Source: a virus
Lineage: Duplodnaviria; Caudoviricetes
Direction: 5' to 3' (one strand)
Virus record (IMG/VR): IMGVR_UViG_3300037743_000469
Span: 1-37,665 of that record
Length of the DNA: 37,665 bases
Shown: piece after piece, positions 26,242 through 34,774 of the stretch
Position numbering within the stretch: position 1 is the first letter of the stretch
Layout of the letters: the number at the start of each line of letters is the position of its first letter
Made by a program: the position numbers and the translations under genes
The notes under the pieces: generated by a model
What the model was told of the DNA's origin: nothing
Seen by the model: only the letters and a program-made list of their open reading frames with translations
Databases searched by the model: none

Positions 26242-27131
26242 TCTCCGCGGCCTACTTCGAAGACACGTGGCGGGTCAGGCTCACCCTGTCGGATCTGCCG
26301 GACGGCATCGTGCGCGTGGAGCGGTCGACGAACCTGCTGTTCTGGCAGCCGGTTCGGGGCGGGGAAGAACTTCCAGTCGTCAACGGTGGCGCGGTGTTGG
26401 ACGACTGGGACGGGTACGCCGAAGGTGTCCTGAACACCTACCGGGTGACGATCTTGGAATTGGAGGGTCCGCTGATGGAGGTTTTCGAGACCAGCGGCAC
26501 ATGGACCAAGCCGCTAGGGCTGGTCGCGGTGCGGGTCCGCTGCATCGGCGGCGGCGGCGGCGGCGGCGGCGCGGCTACCACCGCGGCTGGTGAGTGCGCA
26601 TCCGGCGGCGGCGGAGAGGGCGGCTACTACGCCGAGTCGACCATCGCTGCCGCGTCCCTGGGTGCCACGGAGACCGTGACCGTCGGCGGCGGCGGCGCCG
26701 GTGGAACAGCGGGGGCGAACAACGGCGACCAGGGCTCCTCAGCGTCGTACGGCTCTCACGTGGTGGCGATCGGCGGCAGTGGGGGCCTCGGCGGCACAGC
26801 GGCTGCACCACCGGCCTCCGGCACCAACGCTGCGCCGCATGCCGGGGCGGGCAGCACCGGCCAGATCATCGCATCCGGGGGGATCGGCGACCGCAGCGAG
26901 CGGGTCAGCGTAAGCGCGCGTGGTGGTTCCGGTGGCGACGCTGGCGGGGGGATGGGCGCAGGCGCCCGGACCAACTCGTTGTCCGCCAACGGGAACACGC
27001 CTGGAGAGGGCTATGGCGGAGGCGGCTCCGGCGGCAACAACTCGGCCAGCCAGGGCACCGGGCGTGCTGGCGGTGCCGGCCGCATCGGTGTGGTGATCGT
27101 CGAGAACATCTTCTGGCCGCCGGCGGCCTGA
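26238..27131 (+). CDS. Minor tail protein: distal-tail-like N-terminus plus glycine-rich domain
   Basis: RVERSTN...PVRGG...LDDW...NTYRV, then FETSGTWTKP...CIGGGGGGGG...GVVIVE. Confidence 0.7.
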   Translation: MISAAYFEDTWRVRLTLSDLPDGIVRVERSTNLLFWQPVRGGEELPVVNGGAVLDDWDGYAEGVLNTYRVTILELEGPLMEVFETSGTWTKPLGLVAVRVRCIGGGGGGGGAATTAAGECASGGGGEGGYYAESTIAAASLGATETVTVGGGGAGGTAGANNGDQGSSASYGSHVVAIGGSGGLGGTAAAPPASGTNAAPHAGAGSTGQIIASGGIGDRSERVSVSARGGSGGDAGGGMGAGARTNSLSANGNTPGEGYGGGGSGGNNSASQGTGRAGGAGRIGVVIVENIFWPPAA

Positions 27132-27132
27132 G

Positions 27133-27687
27133 ATGCCCAACCAAACCTCGATCACACCCAGCCACGGCGGGAAGATCATCCTCAAGTCGGTCAAGTTCCC
27201 ATTCTTGAACCGGCCGGTCATCGTGGTCGACTTCACCGACCCGGCGCTGGGCGATCGGGGTGGCATGGCCGAGGTGTCCGGCCGGTCGGTGCCGATCTCC
27301 ACTCCCGACCAGCGGGCGTCACACACGTTCGAGGTGGAGCTGCGCACCGACACGCCGGTCGAGGCCCGCAACATGCAGATCATCTTGATTGCCAACCCGC
27401 ACCTGTTCCTGCACACCCCGAACGGGTGTGTGGTGCCCGGTGGACACGTCCGGGTCGGCGACGTCGCCCCGGACCGGCGCACCCGCTCGGCCAGCTCGCC
27501 ACGCCGGTACTGGCGGCTGCCATGCCGGCTGGTTGCCCCACCTGGGGCGGGTGTGACCGGCGGAACCATGACCTTCCAGGCCCTGCTCGGCCTGTACGGC
27601 AGCTTCGACAACATGCTCGCCGCGAACTCCACGTTCGACGACCTGCTCGCGCTGATGGCCACAACTGAGTCGCTGGTAACCCTATGA
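27133..27687 (+). CDS. Distal tail (Dit-like) protein
   Basis: LKSVKFPFLNRPV...VSGRSVPI...RYWRLPCRLVAPP; position after tape measure. Confidence 0.65.
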   Translation: MPNQTSITPSHGGKIILKSVKFPFLNRPVIVVDFTDPALGDRGGMAEVSGRSVPISTPDQRASHTFEVELRTDTPVEARNMQIILIANPHLFLHTPNGCVVPGGHVRVGDVAPDRRTRSASSPRRYWRLPCRLVAPPGAGVTGGTMTFQALLGLYGSFDNMLAANSTFDDLLALMATTESLVTL

Positions 27688-27696
27688 CCAAGTACT

Positions 27697-27794
27697 ATGG
27701 ACTGAGCGAGACCGCCCGGGGCAGTAACCCCGAACGGCCTCTGACCCACCTATCCGACCTAACCGGAAGGGGGCTAGCCGTGAAGGCTACCCGA
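27697..27794 (+). repeat. 98-bp structured leader, copy 2 (precedes HNH-2)
   Basis: 95/98 identical to 23709-23806. Confidence 0.95.
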
Positions 27795-28367
27795 GTTTGC
27801 TCCGTCGATGAGTGTGGCCGTACCGATCGTATCGTCCGTGGGATGTGCTGGGCGCACTACATGAGGTGGTGGAAGTACGGGGACGTTGGAACTTCGCAGA
27901 TCGGCAGCAGGGGGCAGCCTTTCGACGGGAGCCGACACCCGAACTACCGGGGGTCCCAGGTGGGCTACTACGGTGCCCACCGGCGAGTACGCGACGAGCG
28001 CGGTCCGGCACGCGGCTATCGCTGTGCAGGCTGCGGGGGAGAAGCGTGTCACTGGGCGTACGACCACACTGATCCTGCACCGCTGACCGACCAAGGGGGT
28101 CTCCTGTACAGTGCTGATCTTGCACGGTACAAGCCACTGTGCGCACAATGCCATGGCAAGTTCGATCTGGGTAGGCGGTCGCCCCGGCCGCCACCGTCGC
28201 ATTGCCGGCGTGGTCACAAGCTGACGCAGGGGAACACCGCTGTCCGGTCGGACACTGGCCGCGCCCGGTGTCTTCAGTGCCAGAACGACAGCCGCGCTGT
28301 TCGGCGGGAGCAAATCAACGCACGTAGGCGGGAACGTCGGGCTGCCAAGAAGAGGGTGGTGATCTAG
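27780..28367 (+). CDS. Free-standing HNH-type endonuclease with zinc fingers
   Basis: CSVDEC...CWAHY; GYYGAHRRV...CAGC...HWAYDH...YKPLCAQCHGKFD; C-terminal HCRRGH...CLQC. Confidence 0.75.
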   Translation: MKATRVCSVDECGRTDRIVRGMCWAHYMRWWKYGDVGTSQIGSRGQPFDGSRHPNYRGSQVGYYGAHRRVRDERGPARGYRCAGCGGEACHWAYDHTDPAPLTDQGGLLYSADLARYKPLCAQCHGKFDLGRRSPRPPPSHCRRGHKLTQGNTAVRSDTGRARCLQCQNDSRAVRREQINARRRERRAAKKRVVI

Positions 28368-28976
28368 ATGGGTACGACCGTCCCGTACGGGCTGCGGTTC
28401 CCGGCCGGCACCGACGTGCCGAACGTGCCGGTCCGGATCCGGGATTTGGCCGAGGACGTCAACGACGAACTGTCCCGCATCGACGTGGACGTGGTCGCGG
28501 TCAGCCAGGTTCTGGCCGCGATGTTCCCGGCCACCGTGCAACACTTCGACGACACCGGCATTTTCACGTTCACCAACACCAGCTTCGGCATCGGCACGGC
28601 AGGTGGCACGTACGTCGACTGTGGGGTGGCGTTCGTGGCACCCACCTCCGGCCGGGTGATGCTGTTCTGGAATGCGGTGTTGGACGTCGATGCCGGCTCC
28701 AACGCGGTCGCCTACGTGAGCCCGGTGGTCCGCACCGGTGCCACCGTCGGGGCGGGAACTGCGGTGCTGGAAGCAGCCGACAACAACGCTCGCCGGGCGA
28801 CCAGATCCCAGGTCGGTGTCGACACCGACGGCAGCGCGCGGAACCGGGCCGGAGCCTCCTACCTGCTGTCCGGCCTGACCGCCGGCAACAGCTACAACGT
28901 GCGCCTGGAGCACCGGGTCACATCCCAGACCGCTGAGACGTTCCACCGTGCCGTGCAGGTGGTGCCAGCAACATGA
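28368..28976 (+). CDS. Minor tail / receptor-binding-type protein
   Basis: MGTTVPYGLRFP...LAEDV N-terminus; FVAPTSGRV...LSGLTAGNSYNVRLEHRV jelly-roll-like domain. Confidence 0.7.
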   Translation: MGTTVPYGLRFPAGTDVPNVPVRIRDLAEDVNDELSRIDVDVVAVSQVLAAMFPATVQHFDDTGIFTFTNTSFGIGTAGGTYVDCGVAFVAPTSGRVMLFWNAVLDVDAGSNAVAYVSPVVRTGATVGAGTAVLEAADNNARRATRSQVGVDTDGSARNRAGASYLLSGLTAGNSYNVRLEHRVTSQTAETFHRAVQVVPAT

Positions 28977-31357
28977 GCGTTGTCAACATGGTCGTCGGCG
29001 CCACCACCCCCGACGGCGCCACGTTCGCAGCGAAGGTGAGCGGCGGTGGGCCCGTGCGCGTGGCCGTCGCTACCGACGCGGCCATGACCACCCCGGTGTT
29101 CACCAGCTCCCAGGCTGTCGATGCCCAGGGTGTGGCGAAGGTGTCGATCACCGGACTGGCGGCGTCGACTCGCCACTTTTGGCAGGTCGAGGACAACTCC
29201 ACCCTCGACACCAGCGTGCTCGGCCGGTTCTGGACCCACCCGCCGCTGGGCACCGCAGGCTCGTTCACCCTGGCACTGTGCGGCGACGCCGGCCTCACCC
29301 CCGAATTCCCGGGGGAAGCCGGCGGCGAACTGGACGCCAACCGGGTGTCCAACCATCCCGCGTGGGACACCATCGCTGACCTCGACCCGCTCATGTTCGT
29401 TAACCTTGGCGACTGGGGCTACTCGGATTTCAGCACAGGGCTGAGCGAAAGCCTGGCGAACCGGCGCACGTTCTACGACGACAACCTCGCCCAGCCCAGG
29501 CAGGCACGGCTGCACCGGGAAGTTGCCTTCGCCTACCTGTGGGACGATCACGACTTCGGCCCCAACAACAGCGACGGCACCTATGCCGACAAAGGCAACG
29601 CCGCAACCGTCTACCGGGAACGGATGCCGCACTACCCGCTGAGCGACGCCGATGCCATCTACCACAGCTGGCAGATCGGCCGGGTCCTGTTCGTGGCCGC
29701 CGACGTCCGGTACAACCGGTCACCCAACTCCGACCCGGACGATGCTTCGAAAACCATGCTCGGCGCCGCGCAGAAGGTATGGATGGCCAGCATTCTGGCC
29801 AGCAGCGACGCTGAGTTCCTGGTTTGGGTGATGCCGCAGACCTGGATAGCTACGGCCGCTGACTCCTGGGCATCGTTCGCGACCGAGCAGGCCGAGATGG
29901 TGAACATGTTCTCGGCCAACGGCTGGCTGGGCCGCATGTGCATCGTCTCAGCCGACGCGCACATGGTCGCGTTGGACACCGGCGGCAACTCGCCCGGCGC
30001 CATCCCGGTGCTGGTGTCAGCGGCGATCGACGCGACCCCGCTGGGCAACCCGGCACTCTACAACCTCGGCGGGCAGCAAGGCCGCAACCAGTACGGCACT
30101 TTAACCGTCGCCGACAGCGGCACCCACATGGTGATCACCCTGTCCGGGTGGCAGGGCGACGTGCAGATCGTGTCGTTCGCCATCGGCCTGTCGATCACCA
30201 CACCAACCTCGGTCACCTCGGCGCAGGTCAGCGAGTTCGCCGCGGTCGTCTCCGGCTCCCACGATCCGGTCTTCGACGCCCGGGTGCTCACCACCTGGCG
30301 CACCGGGCCCGACCCGGCCGGGACCACCATTCCCATCCTCGGCGGGGATGTCGCCTACGACGCCACCGCTGAGGTGTTCGCCAGCGTGTCCCTGACCACC
30401 GCTGGCATCGACGAGCACGACGAGCAGTCCCGGTTCCCCCGGCTGCCCGGCGACCTGTTCGCCCCGTACGGCAACGAGCTGTGGGTTCGCCGCGGTGTCG
30501 ACGTCGGCTCCGGTGTGCTGTGGGCCAGCCTCGGCTACTTCCGCATCGACGCGGCCGAGCAGGACGACCCGCCGTACGGGCCGATCGTCCTGTCCGGGCA
30601 GGACCGGATGGCCCATCTGATCGACGCCCGGCTGGTCGTGGCCCGCACGTTCGCCTCGTCGGACACGGTCGCGTTCGTGTTCGCATCCCTGGTCGGGGAG
30701 GTGCTGCCGCAGTCGACGATCCTGTTCGACGACAACACCGCCACCGCCCATCTCGGCCGGCGGCTGACCGCCGAAGACGACCGGTACGCGGTGCTGGCCG
30801 AGCTCGCAGACTCGTACGGCAAGGTCATGTACTGGGATGGGGACGGGTTCCTGCGGGTCGAATCACCCCCGGACGAGTCGACCCCGGTGTGGGAGGTCGC
30901 CGCCGGGTCCGGCGGGGTGCTGCTCACCCCCGGGCGCAGGGTCACCGCCGAGGGGATGCGCAACGGGTGGGTGGTCACCGGTGAGGGTGGCGACCAGCAG
31001 GTCCCGGTGCGCGCGGTAGCAGTCGACATCGGCGCCAGCTCGCCCACCCGGTGGGGTGGCCGGTTCGGCAAACGGCCCGGGTTCTACTCGAGCCCGCTGA
31101 TCGTCACCGAAGCCCAGGCGGAGACGGTTGCCCGGGCCCGGCTGCTGCGCACCCTCGGCGCGCCCTACTCCGCAGACTTCGACATCCCCGCCAACCCGGC
31201 GCTGCGCCCGTGGCATCCGATCCGGGTCGAACAGCGCGACGGGAACCGGGAGATCCACGTGGTCTCCAGCCTGACCGTTCCGCTGACCGCATCCCAGCAC
31301 ATGTCCGGGTCGACCAGGGAGAAGACGCATGCGGTGATCGGTCGGGTGGTCTCTTGA
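28973..31357 (+). CDS. PhoD-like alkaline phosphatase/phosphodiesterase fused to DUF5047-type tail hub protein
   Basis: NLGDWGYSD, YLWDDHDFGPN, ADVRYNRS, TMLGAAQKVW, VSADAH; from ~30220 VSGSH...GGDVAYDATA...PYGNEL...LGYFRID...GRFGKRP...PANPAL. Confidence 0.85.
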   Translation: MSVVNMVVGATTPDGATFAAKVSGGGPVRVAVATDAAMTTPVFTSSQAVDAQGVAKVSITGLAASTRHFWQVEDNSTLDTSVLGRFWTHPPLGTAGSFTLALCGDAGLTPEFPGEAGGELDANRVSNHPAWDTIADLDPLMFVNLGDWGYSDFSTGLSESLANRRTFYDDNLAQPRQARLHREVAFAYLWDDHDFGPNNSDGTYADKGNAATVYRERMPHYPLSDADAIYHSWQIGRVLFVAADVRYNRSPNSDPDDASKTMLGAAQKVWMASILASSDAEFLVWVMPQTWIATAADSWASFATEQAEMVNMFSANGWLGRMCIVSADAHMVALDTGGNSPGAIPVLVSAAIDATPLGNPALYNLGGQQGRNQYGTLTVADSGTHMVITLSGWQGDVQIVSFAIGLSITTPTSVTSAQVSEFAAVVSGSHDPVFDARVLTTWRTGPDPAGTTIPILGGDVAYDATAEVFASVSLTTAGIDEHDEQSRFPRLPGDLFAPYGNELWVRRGVDVGSGVLWASLGYFRIDAAEQDDPPYGPIVLSGQDRMAHLIDARLVVARTFASSDTVAFVFASLVGEVLPQSTILFDDNTATAHLGRRLTAEDDRYAVLAELADSYGKVMYWDGDGFLRVESPPDESTPVWEVAAGSGGVLLTPGRRVTAEGMRNGWVVTGEGGDQQVPVRAVAVDIGASSPTRWGGRFGKRPGFYSSPLIVTEAQAETVARARLLRTLGAPYSADFDIPANPALRPWHPIRVEQRDGNREIHVVSSLTVPLTASQHMSGSTREKTHAVIGRVVS

Positions 31358-32166
31358 GCTGGCGCAGCGATGACCTGGCATCGGTTCTCGTCGGCGGGGG
31401 CATGCAACCGGTGGGCCGCACCCAGGGGATCATCCAGGCCTTCGACCCGGACACGTTCGAGAACACGGTCGCGTTCGGCGGGTCGACGCACCAGGACCTG
31501 GTGGTCACCAACCCGGTCGACGCGTTGAGCTACCAGCCGGGTGATGTGGTGATCGTCGAGAAGTGGGCGCCGTCGGGGCGCGGGTTCGCCTCGTACGCGA
31601 TCGCCGGCCGGTGGCTGGTGCCGGCCGGTGGGAACGCCGCGGCGGCGGTCGGGTTCCTACAGACCGGTGTCGCCTCGGCGATCGTCGACGAGCTGGTCGA
31701 GCAGCTGCTGACCTCCCCGGCGGGGGTCGCGCTGGCACAGTTCGTCAACTCGCAGGTGTTCCACTTCGCGTCCGACACCGGAGCGGGCACGGTGTCCAGT
31801 TCGAGCTGGACGGACCTGTCCGGGGCCAGCGTCGGCCCGACCTGCTCGGGTGTGGAGATCAGCTCAGAGCGGCGGGCGCTGGTCATCGTGTCCGCGCTGA
31901 TGACCGCCGCGGCCAACGAACGGCCGCACATGTCCTTCGCGGTCACCGGGGCGTCCTCGTTCACCCCGGGCACTGGGTTCTCTGACCAGTTCGACCTGCG
32001 GCTGCGCACGGCCAACCAGGGCTTCGACGCGCGGCTGAGCGCGGTCATCCCGCTCGGCCCGTCCGAGCTGACCTCCGCCGGCACGCACACGTTCACGGCG
32101 AAGTACCGGGCGACGATCGGCACGCCCAGCTTCTCCGCCCGCACGTTGGCGGTGATCGCATACTGA
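31354..32166 (+). CDS. Minor tail protein
   Basis: TTG start overlapping the previous stop; QGIIQAFDPDTFENTV...GDVV OB-like N-terminus; AGTHTFTAKYR...ARTLAVI C-terminus. Confidence 0.75.
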   Translation: MSWRSDDLASVLVGGGMQPVGRTQGIIQAFDPDTFENTVAFGGSTHQDLVVTNPVDALSYQPGDVVIVEKWAPSGRGFASYAIAGRWLVPAGGNAAAAVGFLQTGVASAIVDELVEQLLTSPAGVALAQFVNSQVFHFASDTGAGTVSSSSWTDLSGASVGPTCSGVEISSERRALVIVSALMTAAANERPHMSFAVTGASSFTPGTGFSDQFDLRLRTANQGFDARLSAVIPLGPSELTSAGTHTFTAKYRATIGTPSFSARTLAVIAY

Positions 32167-32187
32167 TGGCAGCCCACCAGACGCAAG

Positions 32188-32258
32188 CAGCGGAATTTCT
32201 GTGCACCGTGGTGCATAGAAACTCCGCTGGGCAGTTTCCTTGCCAGTGGCAAGGAAAC
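32188..32258. terminator. Two tandem long inverted repeats between convergent genes
   Basis: CAGCGGAATTTCTGTGCAC/GTGCATAGAAACTCCGCTG (32188-32229) and GTTTCCTTGCCA-G-TGGCAAGGAAAC (32234-32258). Confidence 0.6.
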
Positions 32259-32270
32259 CTCGGTCAGGGC

Positions 32271-32690
32271 TTACGGCGTCCCACCGGAGCGGACGGTCGC
32301 CACCCACACCCGGGCCTCCGGGTACAGCCCGTTGCCATACCAGGACTCGCCGAAGCTCGCCGACCAGCTCGACACCCGGCCACACGCCTGCTCGATCCAG
32401 TAAACCGACGGGTAGTCGATCCGCCAATCGCAGGCCAACGTCAGGGCCTGGCCGGTGCAGGAAGCGGGGCGGGCTGCCGCTGCCGCCACAGCCTGCTCGT
32501 GGGACAGGAACCGGTCGATCCAGCACGCCTCCAGCACCGGCCAGTTGAACGTGCCGTACGGGGAGGTGGTGACGTTGCTGCGCCAGTCCTGCTCCTGCGG
32601 GGCGGGCTGCGCGGTGGCGGCACCGGCCAGGACGGCGCCGGTGACGATGATGGTTGCGATGGTGGCGACTATGCGCCTCACGTGTGTCAT
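32271..32690 (-). CDS. Secreted protein with Sec signal peptide and four Cys (139 aa)
   Basis: MTHVRRIVATIATIIVTGAVLAGAATA|QP; ATG lies 7 nt after TGC-TACCGT. Confidence 0.75.
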   Translation of the reverse strand: MTHVRRIVATIATIIVTGAVLAGAATAQPAPQEQDWRSNVTTSPYGTFNWPVLEACWIDRFLSHEQAVAAAAARPASCTGQALTLACDWRIDYPSVYWIEQACGRVSSWSASFGESWYGNGLYPEARVWVATVRSGGTP

Positions 32691-32754
32691 GACACTCACG
32701 GTAGCATAGGTGTCATGACACACGGAGCTAACCAGTCGGAAATCTGTCATGACA
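32684..32754. promoter_or_regulatory. Three palindromic operators TGTCATGACA in a divergent promoter
   Basis: GTGTCATGACAC at 32684-32695 and 32710-32721; TGTCATGACA at 32745-32754. Confidence 0.8.
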
Positions 32755-32765
32755 CCTTGGCGGAT

Positions 32766-32960
32766 GTGACGGGCAGAAGCGGACGAGGTACCGCACGGCA
32801 GACAGTCCGGATCGACCCCGAGCTGTGGGACCGGTTCGGCGTGGCCGCTCGCAGCGCCGGGGTGGACCGGTCGAGCGTGCTGCGCGAGTTCATCCGGTGG
32901 TACGTGCACGAGGCCGGGCTGCCCGAGCGGCCGTCGCCGGCCGGAGACGAGGAGGAGTGA
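32766..32960 (+). CDS. Ribbon-helix-helix DNA-binding protein
   Basis: GTARQTVRIDPELWDRFGVAARSAGVDRSSVLREFIRWYV. Confidence 0.8.
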   Translation: MTGRSGRGTARQTVRIDPELWDRFGVAARSAGVDRSSVLREFIRWYVHEAGLPERPSPAGDEEE

Positions 32961-32963
32961 GCT

Positions 32964-33974
32964 GTGAGCGTCGAAGGCGTGGACTACAGCTGGGGCCGGC
33001 CGAACCTGGCCGAGCTCACCCGGTTGGGCAAGCGGTTCATCATCCGGTACGTCAGCTTCGACCGGACCGGGAAGAACCTGAGCAAGTCCGAGGCCGACAA
33101 GGCGATCGCCGCCGGGCTGAGCGTCGTAACGAACTGGGAGTGGGACGCCCGCGACCAGCTCGGCGGTCGCTCCCGCGGGGTGGAGCATGCCAGGGAGGCT
33201 GACCGGCTGCACCGGGCCGCCGGCGGACCAGCCGGCCGGCCGATCTACTTCTCCACCGACTTCGACGCCACCACCACGCAGCTGGCCACCTGCTACGCCT
33301 ACCTGGAAGGCGCCGCCTCGGTACTCGGGTGGGCGCGGGTCGGCTGCTACGGTTCCCGCCGCACCCTGGACTTCATGGCCGCCCGCGGGGTGCGCTGGCT
33401 GTGGCAGACCTACGCCTGGTCCGGATTCTCACCGCTGAGCGGCCGGTTCGACCCGGCCAACAGCCGGTGGCATCCCAAGGCGAACCTGCACCAGTACAAC
33501 AACGGGGTGCGCGTAGCCGGGGCGGACTGTGACCTCAACCGGGCGATGACCGTAGACTTCGGACAATGGGGGCAGGCAAGCGGAGGGATCGAGACCATGT
33601 TCTGTGCACACGGCGACCGCGGTAAGAACGTGGAAGCACTGCAGCGGCAGCTGCGCGAGCTCGGCCACGACCCGGGCGCTCTGGATGGCGTCTACGGGGA
33701 CAAGACCGCGGCCGCGTTGGCCGCGGCCCGGGGGACCGGCGACGGACGGGAGTACGGCCCGGTGTCCTACGTCCAGCTGCTCAAGCAGCTGACCCGCCTG
33801 GACGCCGGGGTACCGGGACCGCAGGGTCCGAAGGGTGACCCTGGGCCGGCCGGCCCACCCGGACCGGCGGGTTCTGCAGGGCCGACCGGGGAGCCAGGGC
33901 CGCCGGGGCCTGCCGGGAAGACGCCGACCAAGCTGTCCATCCTCGGCACCGGAACGGTCACCGAGGCGCTGTGA
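32964..33974 (+). CDS. Endolysin: DUF1906/GH25-like glycoside hydrolase, PG-binding domain, collagen-like tail
   Basis: [35 protein letters not shown]; LQRQL...DGVYGDKT; 13 Gly-X-Y triplets. Confidence 0.88.
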   Translation: MSVEGVDYSWGRPNLAELTRLGKRFIIRYVSFDRTGKNLSKSEADKAIAAGLSVVTNWEWDARDQLGGRSRGVEHAREADRLHRAAGGPAGRPIYFSTDFDATTTQLATCYAYLEGAASVLGWARVGCYGSRRTLDFMAARGVRWLWQTYAWSGFSPLSGRFDPANSRWHPKANLHQYNNGVRVAGADCDLNRAMTVDFGQWGQASGGIETMFCAHGDRGKNVEALQRQLRELGHDPGALDGVYGDKTAAALAAARGTGDGREYGPVSYVQLLKQLTRLDAGVPGPQGPKGDPGPAGPPGPAGSAGPTGEPGPPGPAGKTPTKLSILGTGTVTEAL

Positions 33975-34288
33975 TGACCGTCGGCATCCCGCACGGCTCG
34001 GTGGTCGTCACCCCCACCGAGATGTACCACGAGCTGCGCAACGTTTCCGACGAGCTGAAACGGCTGGTGGCCGTGGTCGACCCGGCGATCGCCGAGGTGC
34101 GCGTCGACGTCGCCGAGAACAAGGCGACGATCGCCGCAGCCCGGGCGGAGCTGTGGGCGGAGGTCCGCTCGCTGGACCGCCGGTTGCATGGGGTGCAGGG
34201 CCGGCTGTGGTTCGCCGCTGGTGCGGCGGTCGCGTTGGGTGGCACCGGCGGGTGGTTGGCATCGATCCTCACGGGAGGTATCACATGA
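33974..34288 (+). CDS. Coiled-coil membrane protein of lysis cassette
   Basis: Coiled coil plus C-terminal hydrophobic helix. Confidence 0.7.
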   Translation: MTVGIPHGSVVVTPTEMYHELRNVSDELKRLVAVVDPAIAEVRVDVAENKATIAAARAELWAEVRSLDRRLHGVQGRLWFAAGAAVALGGTGGWLASILTGGIT

Positions 34289-34470
34289 GCAGGGTCAGAC
34301 GGCTACGCAAGGCGATCGGCGCCGGATTGGGCGCGGTGACCGGTGCGCTGGTGGTGTGGGGTGCTGCCGCGGCCGGGGTGGACATCGACCCGGCGGCGGC
34401 GGCGAGCCTGGCCGCGGTGCTGGCGGTGCTGGGGACGTACATCACCCCGGCCAACGAGGTCCCGACGTGA
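34285..34470 (+). CDS. Holin (two TM)
   Basis: GGGAGG RBS; [18 protein letters not shown]...[12 protein letters not shown]. Confidence 0.7.
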   Translation: MSRVRRLRKAIGAGLGAVTGALVVWGAAAAGVDIDPAAAASLAAVLAVLGTYITPANEVPT

Positions 34471-34715
34471 GCCCGGTCGCCCGCTGGCGGATCGCGTTCC
34501 TGGGGTTGACCGGGCTGGTGATCGGCATGGAGATCTGGGCCAGCGCCGACGGCAACCCGGACACCCGGCCATGGACCGACGAGATCGTATCGACAATTCC
34601 CGGCGAGGTGACGGCGCTGGCCATCGCAGGGTTGTGCGGATGGCTAAGTGTCCATTTCGCAGTCAGGTACATCCGCAAGGCGCGGGCGCGGCGTGCCGAC
34701 CCGCCGGTAGAATGA
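34467..34715 (+). CDS. Small two-TM membrane protein
   Basis: GTGA overlap; WRIAFLGLTGLVIGMEIWA...PWT...GWLSVHF. Confidence 0.65.
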   Translation: MSPVARWRIAFLGLTGLVIGMEIWASADGNPDTRPWTDEIVSTIPGEVTALAIAGLCGWLSVHFAVRYIRKARARRADPPVE

Positions 34716-34774
34716 GGTGGTCCCGGCGTGTGCGAACACCCGGGACCTGATGGAACCCCTTACGGGAGGCGCAC
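34708..34774 (+). promoter_or_regulatory. Promoter and structured leader for post-lysis structural module
   Basis: TAGAAT; GGTCCCGG-C-GTGT-GCGA-ACAC-CCGGGACC hairpin; CCCCTTACGGGAGG. Confidence 0.6.

Noticed and set aside
26547-26570. GGC microsatellite as a contingency locus
   Set aside because: In-frame poly-Gly of a glycine-rich domain; unit changes would not shift the frame
23709-27794. Repeat pair as DGR template/variable repeats, IS ends or intron borders
   Set aside because: No reverse transcriptase or transposase, mismatches are not adenine-specific, flanking genes are intact
28973-30200. PhoD as a classic phosphate-scavenging auxiliary metabolic gene
   Set aside because: No export signal, fused to a tail hub and embedded in the tail operon, so a virion role is more parsimonious
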